A DNA stretch of 45,642 nucleotides from Saprospiraceae bacterium. Its GTDB lineage: Bacteria > Bacteroidota > Bacteroidia > Chitinophagales > Saprospiraceae. Location: the NCBI GenBank assembly GCA_020629535.1, contig JAHDDD010000002.1, positions 1 through 45,642 of the forward strand. The letters run 5' to 3'. Positions 19,090-28,692 of the stretch are shown piece by piece. Position 1 is the first letter of the stretch, and every line of letters begins with the position of its first letter. The position numbers and the translations under genes were made by a program. The notes under the pieces are model-generated. The model searched no databases. It was not told the origin of the DNA and saw nothing but the letters and a program-made list of their open reading frames with translations.

Positions 19090-19106
19090 TTTGAATTGAT
19101 TTGTAG

Positions 19107-19925
19107 TTATTTAATAATTTGAAGTTCGGTGCGGCGATTGCGTTGCTTACCATCTTCCGTATCATTACTTGCAATGGGTTGCCCTTCACCTTTCGAAGTC
19201 GAAATAATTTTTGCTTTTGGCACTCCTTGGCTCATCAGATACGACTGAATCACATCTGCTCTTCCCTGACCTAAGACGATATTATCGGCTTCTTCACCAA
19301 CATCATCTGTATGACCTGTTAAGCGTATGCGTTCTCCTGTCTTCTTAACTCTTTCAGCAACATCGCGCAAGTATGCCTCTACCTCATTGTCATTCAATTT
19401 ATTGGTTGAATTAAATGGGAAGTAAATAATTGTCTTATCATCAATTTCTTTGATCTTCTCCGTAACAATCACATTTCTGAAGTCTACACCCGTTATGGCG
19501 CAGTCTTGGGAGTAATCTCCTTTTGGAATTTTCCTACTTCTCAGTTGTAGTTTATCCTCTGGAAGGTCAAACAATTTAGAAATTGCTTGTGCACGTGCAA
19601 TGCCAAGATCGGCAGAATTATCAGGTTGGGTTTCTCCTTCACGGTATATTCCTGTGATTTGTAGTTTTTGGTTTTCTTCCAATGATTTGGTCAATGACTC
19701 CATCTTTTGTTTCCAGGAATCACTTAAGGTAGGATTTACCTCAGACCATTTGAATGACAGTTCGCCCAAGGAAGGACAAGGAACTTCTTTGCTATCATTT
19801 ACTACGGGTGCAGTTGCCGACACATTACTCACTTCATCTCCACCAGGGCCGCAACACATTTTTGAAATGGAATAATAGCCAAATCCAAGTAATAACCACA
19901 AGAGAAGAATTATAATCCATCTCAT
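19107..19925 (-). CDS. OmpA/MotB-domain protein with N-terminal membrane anchor
   Basis: C-terminal RLTGHTDDVGEEADNIVLGQGRADVIQSYLMSQGV...NRRTELQI is a canonical OmpA-like peptidoglycan-binding domain. A degenerate second copy (LQITGIYREGE..NSADLGIARAQAISKLF) lies upstream. N-terminal TM is RWIIILLLWLLLGFGYY. Confidence 0.85.
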   Translation of the reverse strand: MRWIIILLLWLLLGFGYYSISKMCCGPGGDEVSNVSATAPVVNDSKEVPCPSLGELSFKWSEVNPTLSDSWKQKMESLTKSLEENQKLQITGIYREGETQPDNSADLGIARAQAISKLFDLPEDKLQLRSRKIPKGDYSQDCAITGVDFRNVIVTEKIKEIDDKTIIYFPFNSTNKLNDNEVEAYLRDVAERVKKTGERIRLTGHTDDVGEEADNIVLGQGRADVIQSYLMSQGVPKAKIISTSKGEGQPIASNDTEDGKQRNRRTELQIIK

Positions 19926-20133
19926 AGTTTGTGTTTGTGTTTGGTTAAAAAGTAACTAGTGCTTAATGTGAAAATCGTTCTAGGTCACGGAGTTTGAGAT
20001 CGTTTTGTTCCGGTTTTGGTTTACCAATGTGGATTTGAAATTGATAGTAAGTATAAGGTACATAAGAATTAATGATAACTCATAAAAATCATGTGTAAAA
20101 AACAATTAAATTTCCCAAAATTCTCAACATATA

Positions 20134-22182
20134 ATGTTTAATCGCGCAGAAATACCGATTGTTCGTATTATTATTTCCTATTCGATAGGAATTTTGATAT
20201 TTAATTTTGTTGAGGTAAGCCCTAGAATCCTACCTTTTGCCATCATTTTCACTACAGGTTTGATATTGATGATTAGCTTCAGCTTTTATCAAAGGCAGTT
20301 GAAATATCCAGTACTAAATGCTAGCATCCTTTTGTTTTGGATCATCGTGGGATTTACCAGAATCCAGGAATCACAAATTCAATTCCAGCAAAACCACTTC
20401 TCTCATTTTGACTTTGAAGAATTTAAAGGTGAAATAATATCTGCAAAAATCTATGGTGAAAAAGCCAACTGTCAGGTGGATATGTATGAAGTCGAAAGCA
20501 ATGGTGAATTAATAAATGTCAAAGGCCGGGCCTATATTAAGCTCGTTGGGGAATTCACAAACGACAGCTTGATTGGAAAAAGCTTAATCGGACCAAACAA
20601 ATTCTATGAACCTAAGGAAGCAAAGAATCCATATGGGTATGATCAAAAAAGTCAACTAAGAAATAAAAATATATTCCATACTGCCTATTTAAAGCCTAAT
20701 CAATACACAATTCATCGCTATGAAAGAAATCCATTTATAAAATGGTTGCAATCCACTCGTGTGTACTGTATAAATGTATTTAAAAAGTACATACCTCACG
20801 CTGACAATCTTGGGGTGGCGGCAGCCATGGTGTTAGGAACCAGAGATTACATTTCAGAAGATCTGATGGCGGCGTATACGGATACCGGTAGCATACATGT
20901 ATTGGCTGTTTCTGGTTTGCATGTAGGTATCGTAAGCGGACTTATCTTATTTTTGTTTTCGTTTATAAAAAGTAATAAGACCGCTACTCGAATTTGCAAA
21001 GGTCTTGCTTCGATTGTATTGATTTGGTTCTTTGCTTTTTTGACAGGAGCCGCACCTGCAGTACTTAGAGCAAGCCTGATGTTCAGTTTGTATTTTATGG
21101 CAAAAGATATCTTGCGAATACAAATTAATGTTTACAATGTGCTATTATCGACTGCTTTCGTACTCCTGATCTATAATCCCTATTTCATCTTCAATATCGG
21201 CTTCCAATTTTCTTACCTTGCCCTCATCGGAATTGTTTTCTTTTGTCCAAGAATTCAAAAGTGGTTTTATTCCCCAATCCCTTTGGTCAATAAAATCTGG
21301 ACGCTGGTTGCAGTATCGATAGCTGCTCAAATTACTGTCTTTCCTTTGAGCATTTACTATTTTAACAAGTTCGCAAGTTCTTTTTGGTTGAGTGGAATTG
21401 TTACTGCACCATTTGCCATTTTATTGCTATCAGTGGGTTTGGCTGTACTTATAATCGAGTACTCCGGTCTACATACTTTGAATGAGTTGTTGGTTGGCGA
21501 TATTTTCAACTGTCTACTCAGTGCTTTCAATGCTTCCATACATTGGATTCAATCATTGCCTCTTAGCCACATTGATAATATTTGGTTTGACAAATGGAAT
21601 GTCTTTATTCTATATGTATTCTCTATGTTGTTGATGGTAGGTTTCACATATTTGAAAGGTAAATTTTTTGTTTATGCATCACTGGTTTTACTTTTCAATA
21701 CTATTTACAACTTCCATAAATCAAATCAACAATTAATTCAAAAAAAGATTACAATCTACGACTCATACAATAATACCGTCATCGACATATTTGAAGGATT
21801 GACTTGCTTGTCGTATTCAGAAAATGATGAGGACACATCATTCATCAACCAAAGGAATCAAATGGCACATGGAATCAAAGAAAAACTGAATATTAAAAAT
21901 TATCAAACAGGTTCTGCAAAATATGTATTCCCTTATATAATAATCAAAGATCAATTGCTCATTTTCGGTGCAGAGGATCTTAGTAATTATGAATTTCCCA
22001 CATCCAAAAAAACAACTTTGCTCTTGACATCAAAACATCACCATCTCCCCAAAAGTATTGATCCATTCGATAAGATCATCCTTGATGGTTCATTGAACTA
22101 TAAGGAAAGAAAAAATCTGAAAAGACAATTACAATCTTTGAAAGCAGAATATCATTGTGTAAAGGAACAAGGCGCTTTTTAA
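20134..22182 (+). CDS. comEC: ComEC/Rec2 family DNA internalisation channel protein (no intact metallo-beta-lactamase domain)
   Basis: Multi-TM competence domain with ...TGSIHVLAVSGLHVGIV... and ...FLTGAAPAVLRASLMF... The C-terminal ~150 aa lacks an HxHxDH motif. Confidence 0.85.
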   Translation: MFNRAEIPIVRIIISYSIGILIFNFVEVSPRILPFAIIFTTGLILMISFSFYQRQLKYPVLNASILLFWIIVGFTRIQESQIQFQQNHFSHFDFEEFKGEIISAKIYGEKANCQVDMYEVESNGELINVKGRAYIKLVGEFTNDSLIGKSLIGPNKFYEPKEAKNPYGYDQKSQLRNKNIFHTAYLKPNQYTIHRYERNPFIKWLQSTRVYCINVFKKYIPHADNLGVAAAMVLGTRDYISEDLMAAYTDTGSIHVLAVSGLHVGIVSGLILFLFSFIKSNKTATRICKGLASIVLIWFFAFLTGAAPAVLRASLMFSLYFMAKDILRIQINVYNVLLSTAFVLLIYNPYFIFNIGFQFSYLALIGIVFFCPRIQKWFYSPIPLVNKIWTLVAVSIAAQITVFPLSIYYFNKFASSFWLSGIVTAPFAILLLSVGLAVLIIEYSGLHTLNELLVGDIFNCLLSAFNASIHWIQSLPLSHIDNIWFDKWNVFILYVFSMLLMVGFTYLKGKFFVYASLVLLFNTIYNFHKSNQQLIQKKITIYDSYNNTVIDIFEGLTCLSYSENDEDTSFINQRNQMAHGIKEKLNIKNYQTGSAKYVFPYIIIKDQLLIFGAEDLSNYEFPTSKKTTLLLTSKHHHLPKSIDPFDKIILDGSLNYKERKNLKRQLQSLKAEYHCVKEQGAF

Positions 22183-22280
22183 ATTCATATGAAATGAGAT
22201 TGATGTTAAATTCAGAATAACTAACTATTGGAAGGGATTATTCCTCACCTCAGATTAACACAAATCACCAACCTATCCTC

Positions 22281-22799
22281 CTAAACCCACTTCCCTGCAT
22301 ATCTCCGATTGTGATCTGACAACTGCTGAACATAATCATAATTCAATCTGGTAATTTGTTTGATGTGCAATTGGTCATGGACCAACCAATTGGTTAGAAA
22401 GTAGGATGCTGATAAAGGACCAAATCTTGGGTGCTCATAAAAATTATCCCATTGAGGATTCACTAGCGAATTCAACCATTGAATAGAAGCTTTTCTTTCA
22501 TAAAGGAATTGGTGAAGCATTTCACTATATTCTTTCTCCATATACTTCCGTTCCGTTACCCAACCTTCAGGGTCGATCGAGGGTGGAGTTGTACCAGGTG
22601 ATTCTAATTGGGTTTTTACTCTTGTTCTGAAATCATAAACTTCCTCATCATACAAATGGCAAACGATTTCTAGTAGGCACCATTTATCATCTGATTGTTT
22701 CCAAACTCTTGCTTTTTCTGTTTTATCCGTGAGTAAAGCTTTGAATACTTCTTGGTTTCTATCCAATTCAGCTATAATATGATCGGGCCTAAATTTCAA
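22281..22799 (-). CDS. DinB-family (DinB_2-like) four-helix-bundle protein
   Basis: 172 aa. Spaced His residues (..IVCHLYDEE.. and ..LVHDQLHIKQI..) are typical of the DinB/YfiT-like metal triad. Confidence 0.65.
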   Translation of the reverse strand: MKFRPDHIIAELDRNQEVFKALLTDKTEKARVWKQSDDKWCLLEIVCHLYDEEVYDFRTRVKTQLESPGTTPPSIDPEGWVTERKYMEKEYSEMLHQFLYERKASIQWLNSLVNPQWDNFYEHPRFGPLSASYFLTNWLVHDQLHIKQITRLNYDYVQQLSDHNRRYAGKWV

Positions 22800-22810
22800 T
22801 AGAATGGAAT

Positions 22811-23842
22811 TTACTTATTTGCCAATTGTCCGCAAGCTGCATCTATATCCTTCCCTCTGCTTCGTCTCAAGGTAGCCATTACATTGTTCTTCTTCAGGAA
22901 GTTCGTAAAGCTTTCAATTCGATCTGCTTTTGACTTTACAAAGTCTACTCCCTCGACCGGATTATACTCTATGATGTTTACCTTAACGGGAAATCTTTTG
23001 CAGAGTTTCAATAGGTTTTTTGCATCTTCTATAGAATCATTAAAACCATTGAATGCAATGTATTCGTAGCTGATCTTATTCTTTGTATTTAAGTGAAAAT
23101 ACTCTAAAGCATCCATCAGTACTTCCAAATTATTGGTTTCATTGATTGGCATGATGCTGTTTCTTTTTTCATCGTCTGCAGCATGTAGTGACAATGCCAA
23201 ATTGAATCGAACTTCATCATCTGCCAATTTTTTGATCATCTTGGCGATACCTGCAGTGCTGACTGTAATTCTTTTGGCTGAGATATTCAATGCTTTTTCA
23301 CTTGTTAATTTTTCAATACTTTCAAGTACATTGTTGTAAGCGAGCAAAGGCTCACCCATTCCCATAAATACAATATTTGTAAGCGGATGATCAAAGGTCT
23401 CCAAACTTTGTCTATTCACTTCTACTACTTGGTCATATATCTCTGCCGCATCGAGATTTCGCACTCTTTTCATTTTCCCTGTAGCGCAAAAACTGCAAGT
23501 TAAACTACATCCCACTTGAGAGGAAACACATACAGTATAACGTTGATCAGAGGGGACAGGAATTAAAACCGACTCTATCAGATGTCCATCATGTAACTTC
23601 CATCTGGTCTTTATTGTACCGTCATTGCTTTTTTGAGTCTTGTCTTCCTTGATTGGATTAAAGATGAATTCTTGCGAAAGTTGCTCCCTTAAGGTCTTTG
23701 ACAGATTGGTCATTTCCTCGAAAGAGGTGGCACTTTTCTGCCATAGCCATTGATATATTTGTTTAGATACAAATGGTTTTCCCCCTTTCGACAGTACCCA
23801 TTCATGAATATCTTCCTGACTTATTTTTCGAATGTCAATCAT
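22811..23842 (-). CDS. rlmN: 23S rRNA (adenine2503-C2)/tRNA methyltransferase RlmN (radical SAM)
   Basis: CSLTCSFCATG (CxxxCxxC), MGMGEPLLAYN, and C-terminal ...RSRGKDIDAACGQL. Confidence 0.9.
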   Translation of the reverse strand: MIDIRKISQEDIHEWVLSKGGKPFVSKQIYQWLWQKSATSFEEMTNLSKTLREQLSQEFIFNPIKEDKTQKSNDGTIKTRWKLHDGHLIESVLIPVPSDQRYTVCVSSQVGCSLTCSFCATGKMKRVRNLDAAEIYDQVVEVNRQSLETFDHPLTNIVFMGMGEPLLAYNNVLESIEKLTSEKALNISAKRITVSTAGIAKMIKKLADDEVRFNLALSLHAADDEKRNSIMPINETNNLEVLMDALEYFHLNTKNKISYEYIAFNGFNDSIEDAKNLLKLCKRFPVKVNIIEYNPVEGVDFVKSKADRIESFTNFLKKNNVMATLRRSRGKDIDAACGQLANK

Positions 23843-23904
23843 TTGTCGTTCGTTCGCTTTAGGATCGAGCTATTTCTCCTTGTCTCTCCCTCTTTACTTA
23901 CCTC

Positions 23905-24624
23905 TCAAGTCACAAGAGTACCAATGGACTGGCCTTCGATGATCTTCAGCATATTGCCTTCTTCATTGATATTAAACACAACAATAGGTAGGTTGTTTTC
24001 GTGACACATAGTAAATGCAGTCATATCCATCACTCCCAGTTCCTGAGCAATTACTTCATTGAAGGAAATATTTTTATACATTGTGGCATCAGGATATTTA
24101 TGAGGGTCCTTGTTGTAAATACCATCTACTTTTGTTCCTTTCAATATTGCGTCAGCAGAAATTTCGTTGGCTCGAAGGGCGGCTGCAGAGTCTGTCGTAA
24201 AATATGGACTTCCGGTACCAGCAGAAAAGATAAGAACTCTTCCTTTTTCCAAATGTCTGATTGCTCTACGTCTGATGTAAGGTTCTGCAATTTGCCGCAT
24301 CTCAACTGCTGAGATTAACCTGGTGTATACCCCGGCGCTTTCCAAAACTGACTGAAGTGCGAGACCATTGATACAAGTAGCCAACATGCCCATGTAATCG
24401 CCCTGTACTCTTTCAATCGCATTTTCTTCAGCTTGCAAGCCCCGGAAAATATTTCCTCCTCCAATGACGACTGCCACTTCAATTTTTCTTTCAGACAGCT
24501 GTTTTATTTCTTTAGCATAATGCTTCAATTTAGAAGCATCAATACCAAACTTCTGATCACCCATCAGGGCTTCTCCGCTCAATTTGAGGAGGACTCTTTT
24601 ATACTTATAATTCATGTACAACAA
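23905..24624 (-). CDS. pyrH: UMP kinase
   Basis: YKRVLLKLSGEALMG, VVIGGGNIFRG and GTGSPYFTTDSAAALRA motifs. ATG 24615 (MNYKYKRV..) is an alternative start. Confidence 0.92.
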   Translation of the reverse strand: MLYMNYKYKRVLLKLSGEALMGDQKFGIDASKLKHYAKEIKQLSERKIEVAVVIGGGNIFRGLQAEENAIERVQGDYMGMLATCINGLALQSVLESAGVYTRLISAVEMRQIAEPYIRRRAIRHLEKGRVLIFSAGTGSPYFTTDSAAALRANEISADAILKGTKVDGIYNKDPHKYPDATMYKNISFNEVIAQELGVMDMTAFTMCHENNLPIVVFNINEEGNMLKIIEGQSIGTLVT

Positions 24625-24641
24625 ATGAACCTAATGAATAT

Positions 24642-24668
24642 AAAAAAAGCGACTTTAAAAAAGCCGCT
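24642..24668 (-). terminator. Weak hairpin plus U-tract downstream of tsf
   Basis: Minus strand AGCGGC-(9 nt)-GTCGCT (6 bp, one G.U) followed by TTTTTTT. Short stem and large loop, so weak. Confidence 0.3.
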
Positions 24669-24678
24669 TTCAAAATTT

Positions 24679-25518
24679 TTATCCTAATGCAATGTGCTTA
24701 AAATCTGTGACTGTTAAATCAGCGTCGAGACTTTTCAGATAATCTGAAACAGACATTTTATTGTCTTTCACGTATTGTTGATTTAACAAGGTATTTTGCT
24801 TGTAAAATTTTCCAAGCTTACCCATTGCTATCTTTTCTAGCATGGCTTCAGGCTTCCCTTCTTGTCTTGCCTGATCCATTCCAATTTCGATTTCTTTTTT
24901 GACAACTGATGCATCGACCTGATCTTTGTCAAGTGCAATTGGCTTCATGGCAGCTACTTGCATCGCAACATTCTTACCTGGCTCTTCAAATTGTGCATCA
25001 TCTTTGTTCAATGCTACAATCACGCCTGCTTTATGGCCCATGTGAATATATGGAAGAACCTGACCTCCATTAGCAACGATTTTGCCGTATGCGCTCAAAT
25101 CCATTTTTTCACCAGTTACACCAATTTGCTCTGTGATTTTTTCACCAATGCTCATGCCCGATGTAAATTCCAGCGCCAAAAGATCCTCTAATGACTCAGG
25201 AAGTTTTGTCAATGCGATGTCTGCAATTGTGTCAGCCAATCCTACAAAGTCTTCATTTTTAGCAACGAAATCTGTCTCGCAGCTCAATCTTACAACCACA
25301 CCATTGCTTTTGTTATCACTGGTTTTTGCTATAACCACACCTTCTTTTGCTTCTCTGTCTGCTCTTTTCAAAGAAAGTTTTTGACCTTTCTTTCTCAATA
25401 TATCGGTTGCCGCCTCAAAGTCTCCACCAGCTTCAATCAATGCTTTTTTGCAGTCCATCATTCCTGCACCGGTTTGATCTCTCAGGGCTTTAACATCAGA
25501 TGCTTTTATTTCACTCAT
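24679..25518 (-). CDS. tsf: Translation elongation factor Ts
   Basis: N-terminal UBA-like VKALRDQTGAGMMDCKKAL and core ...LSCETDFVAKNEDF... Downstream of rpsB. Confidence 0.95.
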   Translation of the reverse strand: MSEIKASDVKALRDQTGAGMMDCKKALIEAGGDFEAATDILRKKGQKLSLKRADREAKEGVVIAKTSDNKSNGVVVRLSCETDFVAKNEDFVGLADTIADIALTKLPESLEDLLALEFTSGMSIGEKITEQIGVTGEKMDLSAYGKIVANGGQVLPYIHMGHKAGVIVALNKDDAQFEEPGKNVAMQVAAMKPIALDKDQVDASVVKKEIEIGMDQARQEGKPEAMLEKIAMGKLGKFYKQNTLLNQQYVKDNKMSVSDYLKSLDADLTVTDFKHIALG

Positions 25519-25554
25519 GTTTATTAGAATTGTATGTTTAAAAATGTTGTTTTC

Positions 25555-26259
25555 TTAAGCGCCTTTTTTCATCGCTTCTCTGTCCTTCAATCCGTCTTTG
25601 ATACATCCTGTCAAATATTCTGTAATGACAGAAATAGATTTTGATGCATCGTCATTGGCTGGGATCGGAAAGTCTACTACATTGGGGTTTGAGTTTGTAT
25701 CAACCATTGCAAAGATTTTAATTCCTAATTTTTTTGCCTCTGCAATTGCAATATGCTCAAACGATGTATCTACAACAAAAATGGCATTAGGCAATCTGTT
25801 GATATTTGCAATACCTCCAAGAACCTTTTCCAATTTGTTTCTTTCACGCGTCAGTGTCAGTCTCTCTTTTTTTGTGATACTAACATTGCCGTCCGCTAAC
25901 ATCTTATCAATGTTGTTCATCTTTTTAATTGACCTTTTGATAGTAGAAAAGTTGGTCATCATTCCTCCCAACCATCTTTCAGTAACATAAGGCATGCTTA
26001 CTGATCTTGCGCTATTAGAAACAATTTCTTTTGCTTGCTTTTTCGTAGCAACGAACATTATTTTCTTTCCAGCTTTAGCCATTGTTTTCATAGCGTCACC
26101 TGCTTTTTGAAGACAATCAGCTGTTCTATTAAGGTCTATGATGTGGATGCCTTTTCTTTCCTGAAAGATGTAAGGAAGCATTTTAGGATTCCACTTTCTT
26201 TTCATGTGGCCAAAGTGTACTCCAGCATCCAATAGATCATTATATGTAGGTAAACTCAT
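25555..26259 (-). CDS. rpsB: 30S ribosomal protein S2
   Basis: LLDAGVHFGH..RKWNPKM.PYIF, ...VATKKQA..., ...ERWLGGMMTNF... Confidence 0.95.
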   Translation of the reverse strand: MSLPTYNDLLDAGVHFGHMKRKWNPKMLPYIFQERKGIHIIDLNRTADCLQKAGDAMKTMAKAGKKIMFVATKKQAKEIVSNSARSVSMPYVTERWLGGMMTNFSTIKRSIKKMNNIDKMLADGNVSITKKERLTLTRERNKLEKVLGGIANINRLPNAIFVVDTSFEHIAIAEAKKLGIKIFAMVDTNSNPNVVDFPIPANDDASKSISVITEYLTGCIKDGLKDREAMKKGA

Positions 26260-26289
26260 TTTTATTCTTTTGAAAAATCAATAAATAGA

Positions 26290-26676
26290 TTAACGTTTTG
26301 AGAACTGGAAGCTCTTTCTCGCTTTAGGCTTACCAAATTTCTTTCTCTCCACTTTTCTTGCATCTCTTGTGAGATACTTCTTGTCTTTCAATGGTTTTCT
26401 GTAGTCTTCATTGACCTTGCATAAGGCTCTTGAAATACCTAAACGGATTGCCTCAGACTGACCTTTAAAACCACCACCTTGGACATTGACTTTAAGATCA
26501 AATTGATTCTCAACTTCTACCGTCTTGAAAGGATCAGTAATATTAAACTGAATGCTTTCTTGAGGAAAGTAGTCTTTCAATTCTTTTCCATTGATTTGAA
26601 TGTTGCCTGAACCTTGTGACAGATATACTCTTGCCACTGAAGATTTTCTACGGCCTATTGTATTTATTACTTCCAT
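26290..26676 (-). CDS. rpsI: 30S ribosomal protein S9
   Basis: 128 aa. [12 protein letters not shown]... and C-terminal ...[23 protein letters not shown]. Confidence 0.95.
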   Translation of the reverse strand: MEVINTIGRRKSSVARVYLSQGSGNIQINGKELKDYFPQESIQFNITDPFKTVEVENQFDLKVNVQGGGFKGQSEAIRLGISRALCKVNEDYRKPLKDKKYLTRDARKVERKKFGKPKARKSFQFSKR

Positions 26677-26683
26677 TATAATC

Positions 26684-27127
26684 TTAGAATTTTAATGCTT
26701 CAGGCTTTTGAGCTGTATGCGGATGCTCAGTACCCGGGTAAACAAATAGTTTTTTGAACATCGCTCTTCCTAGTTTGCTTTTTGGAAGCATTCCTTTCAC
26801 AGCTTTTTCAACAATTCTTTCTGGAAATTTATCCATCATTTCTTGAGCAGTTCTTTTTTTCTGTCCACCCGTGTAACCTGAATATCTTTGATATTCTTTT
26901 TGCTGCATTTTATTTCCAGTAAATCTAACTTTATCAGCATTGATTACAACTACATAATCACCCGTGTCAATATTGGGTGTATATGACGGTTTATGCTTTC
27001 CTCTCAAAATGGTAGCAATCTGGGTAGCCATCCTTCCAACTACCATTCCTTCACCATCAACGAGGTGCCATTTTCGCACCACTTCAGATGGCTTGGCAGT
27101 AGCTGTTTTATAGCTAAGTGTTTTCAC
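26684..27127 (-). CDS. rplM: 50S ribosomal protein L13
   Basis: The homologous N-terminus ([43 protein letters not shown]) begins at GTG 27127. The upstream 36 codons of the ORF-track call (to 27235) have no L13 counterpart. Confidence 0.88.
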   Translation of the reverse strand: MKTLSYKTATAKPSEVVRKWHLVDGEGMVVGRMATQIATILRGKHKPSYTPNIDTGDYVVVINADKVRFTGNKMQQKEYQRYSGYTGGQKKRTAQEMMDKFPERIVEKAVKGMLPKSKLGRAMFKKLFVYPGTEHPHTAQKPEALKF

Positions 27128-27147
27128 AATTTTGAATTTATTTTTTG

Positions 27148-27175
27148 AATAAAAACCGCCCTTTTCCAAAGCGGT
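27148..27175 (-). promoter_or_regulatory. Short hairpin plus U-tract in the rplM leader or TPR-gene trailer (terminator or attenuator candidate)
   Basis: Minus strand ACCGC-tttggaaaagg-GCGGT followed by TTTTTATT, 20-45 nt upstream of the rplM GTG. A TAnnTTTG box (TACTTTTG, 27179-27186) lies immediately upstream. Confidence 0.3.
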
Positions 27176-27387
27176 CCGCAAAAGTATGTTTTCGCAACTT
27201 ACATTGCAAGGTTTTGGCCTGATTTTTTTAATCAAAGGCTTGTAACTGCCTGAAAATCAGGTGTATTTTCGCACTTTTTTTTTAGTGAGGAGGTAGAAAG
27301 ATGGAAAATTTTAGCCTATTCTAGCAATTAACGAATGGTAGATTCGATTAAATTCAAAAGAATTGGATATCCATTATAACGGCAAAA

Positions 27388-28518
27388 CTATTGACAATAC
27401 CCAGACACATACTGAAATGCCTTATCATAATTCAGCTCAGCTGAAGCACGCACATCTGCACATGCTTGCTCCATTTTACCCAATTTTGCATATGTATTAG
27501 CCCTATTGAATAGTGCTTCCGCATGCTTAGGATTCAAGGCAATCAAAGCATCAAGACTTTTCAACGCTTCACCATATGCTGATGCATTGAATGAACAAAT
27601 ACCTGCATTGAGATAATGGCTTTCTTCTTTAGGCTCTACTTTCATTAGATGATTAAAGTCATTCGCAGCAGCCTCATAGTTTTTCATCTTAATGTTTAAG
27701 TTGGCACTGTTTTTTCGCGAAGCGACATGGTTTGGATCTAATTCCAAAGCCGCATTATAATCTGCCAATGCGCCTTCGATATTTTCAAGTTTGTTGTTCG
27801 CATAGGCCCTGTAATAGTAGCTTTCTACACTTGGCTTGAGTTCAAGATTTTGTGTCAAATCGGAAACAGCATGATCATATTTTTCCAACTTTGAAAACGC
27901 GAGTCCTCTGTAATATAAGGTATTGGAATAGTCTGGTTTGATATCGTATGCAACGGTCAATGAATTGATCGCATCCATATAGTTTTCTAATTTGTAGTAA
28001 CACAAGCCCGCATTGTAAAATGACTTATAATTTTCTGGATCAATGTTCGCCGCATCTTCGAAATCTCTTATGGCAGTTTCGTAATTTTTATCCTTCATCT
28101 GAATATACCCACGGTAATAGTATGCGTCGGTCAATGATTCATCATGTTTCAATGCTCGTGAAAAATCGATGAGTGCATCTTTGAGTTTGGTTTGTTGCAT
28201 TTTCACATAACCCAAATAATAGTGAGCTTTCCCGTTATCAGATTCCAATCTGGTAGTCTGTGCAAAGTCCTTTTCTGCTTGTTCATATTCTTTCAACCTC
28301 AACAATGCTGTTCCACGATTATAATACGCTTTTGCATAACTTGGGTCCGCTTTGATGGCAGCTCCGTAGGCTACAATAGCGCCCTCATAATCTTTTGCTT
28401 TTACTTTTTCTACAGCCACATTATATGCCTTGATACATTCTGCATTTTGAGCGGTCAATGAGGCAAGAGAAATAGCCACCAAGGCGGCCAAAGTGAAGAT
28501 TCTTAGGACGTTTTGCAT
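27388..28518 (-). CDS. Exported tetratricopeptide-repeat (TPR) protein
   Basis: Signal peptide ending LTA|QNA. About nine 34-aa repeats with the A..Y..RG......Y..A..D...A..L.P pattern. Confidence 0.85.
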   Translation of the reverse strand: MQNVLRIFTLAALVAISLASLTAQNAECIKAYNVAVEKVKAKDYEGAIVAYGAAIKADPSYAKAYYNRGTALLRLKEYEQAEKDFAQTTRLESDNGKAHYYLGYVKMQQTKLKDALIDFSRALKHDESLTDAYYYRGYIQMKDKNYETAIRDFEDAANIDPENYKSFYNAGLCYYKLENYMDAINSLTVAYDIKPDYSNTLYYRGLAFSKLEKYDHAVSDLTQNLELKPSVESYYYRAYANNKLENIEGALADYNAALELDPNHVASRKNSANLNIKMKNYEAAANDFNHLMKVEPKEESHYLNAGICSFNASAYGEALKSLDALIALNPKHAEALFNRANTYAKLGKMEQACADVRASAELNYDKAFQYVSGYCQ

Positions 28519-28692
28519 TGTTTATCTGTTTGTTTATTTAGAAAAAGACTCAATGATAACGGGTTTAAACCATTATGAGGTATTCAATGTTCCTATATTT
28601 ACACTTTATTTGGAAATATTTAAGAGATCAAAAAGGAATCACAAACAAGTATACCAGAAGATGCTTCAGAAAGGAAGCTTGATCATATCAAA

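Noticed and set aside
27128-27235. 36-codon N-terminal extension of the L13 ORF.
   Set aside because: L13 homology starts at GTG 27127 (KTLSYKT…). The extension covers the hairpin/promoter-like leader and has no counterpart in L13 proteins.
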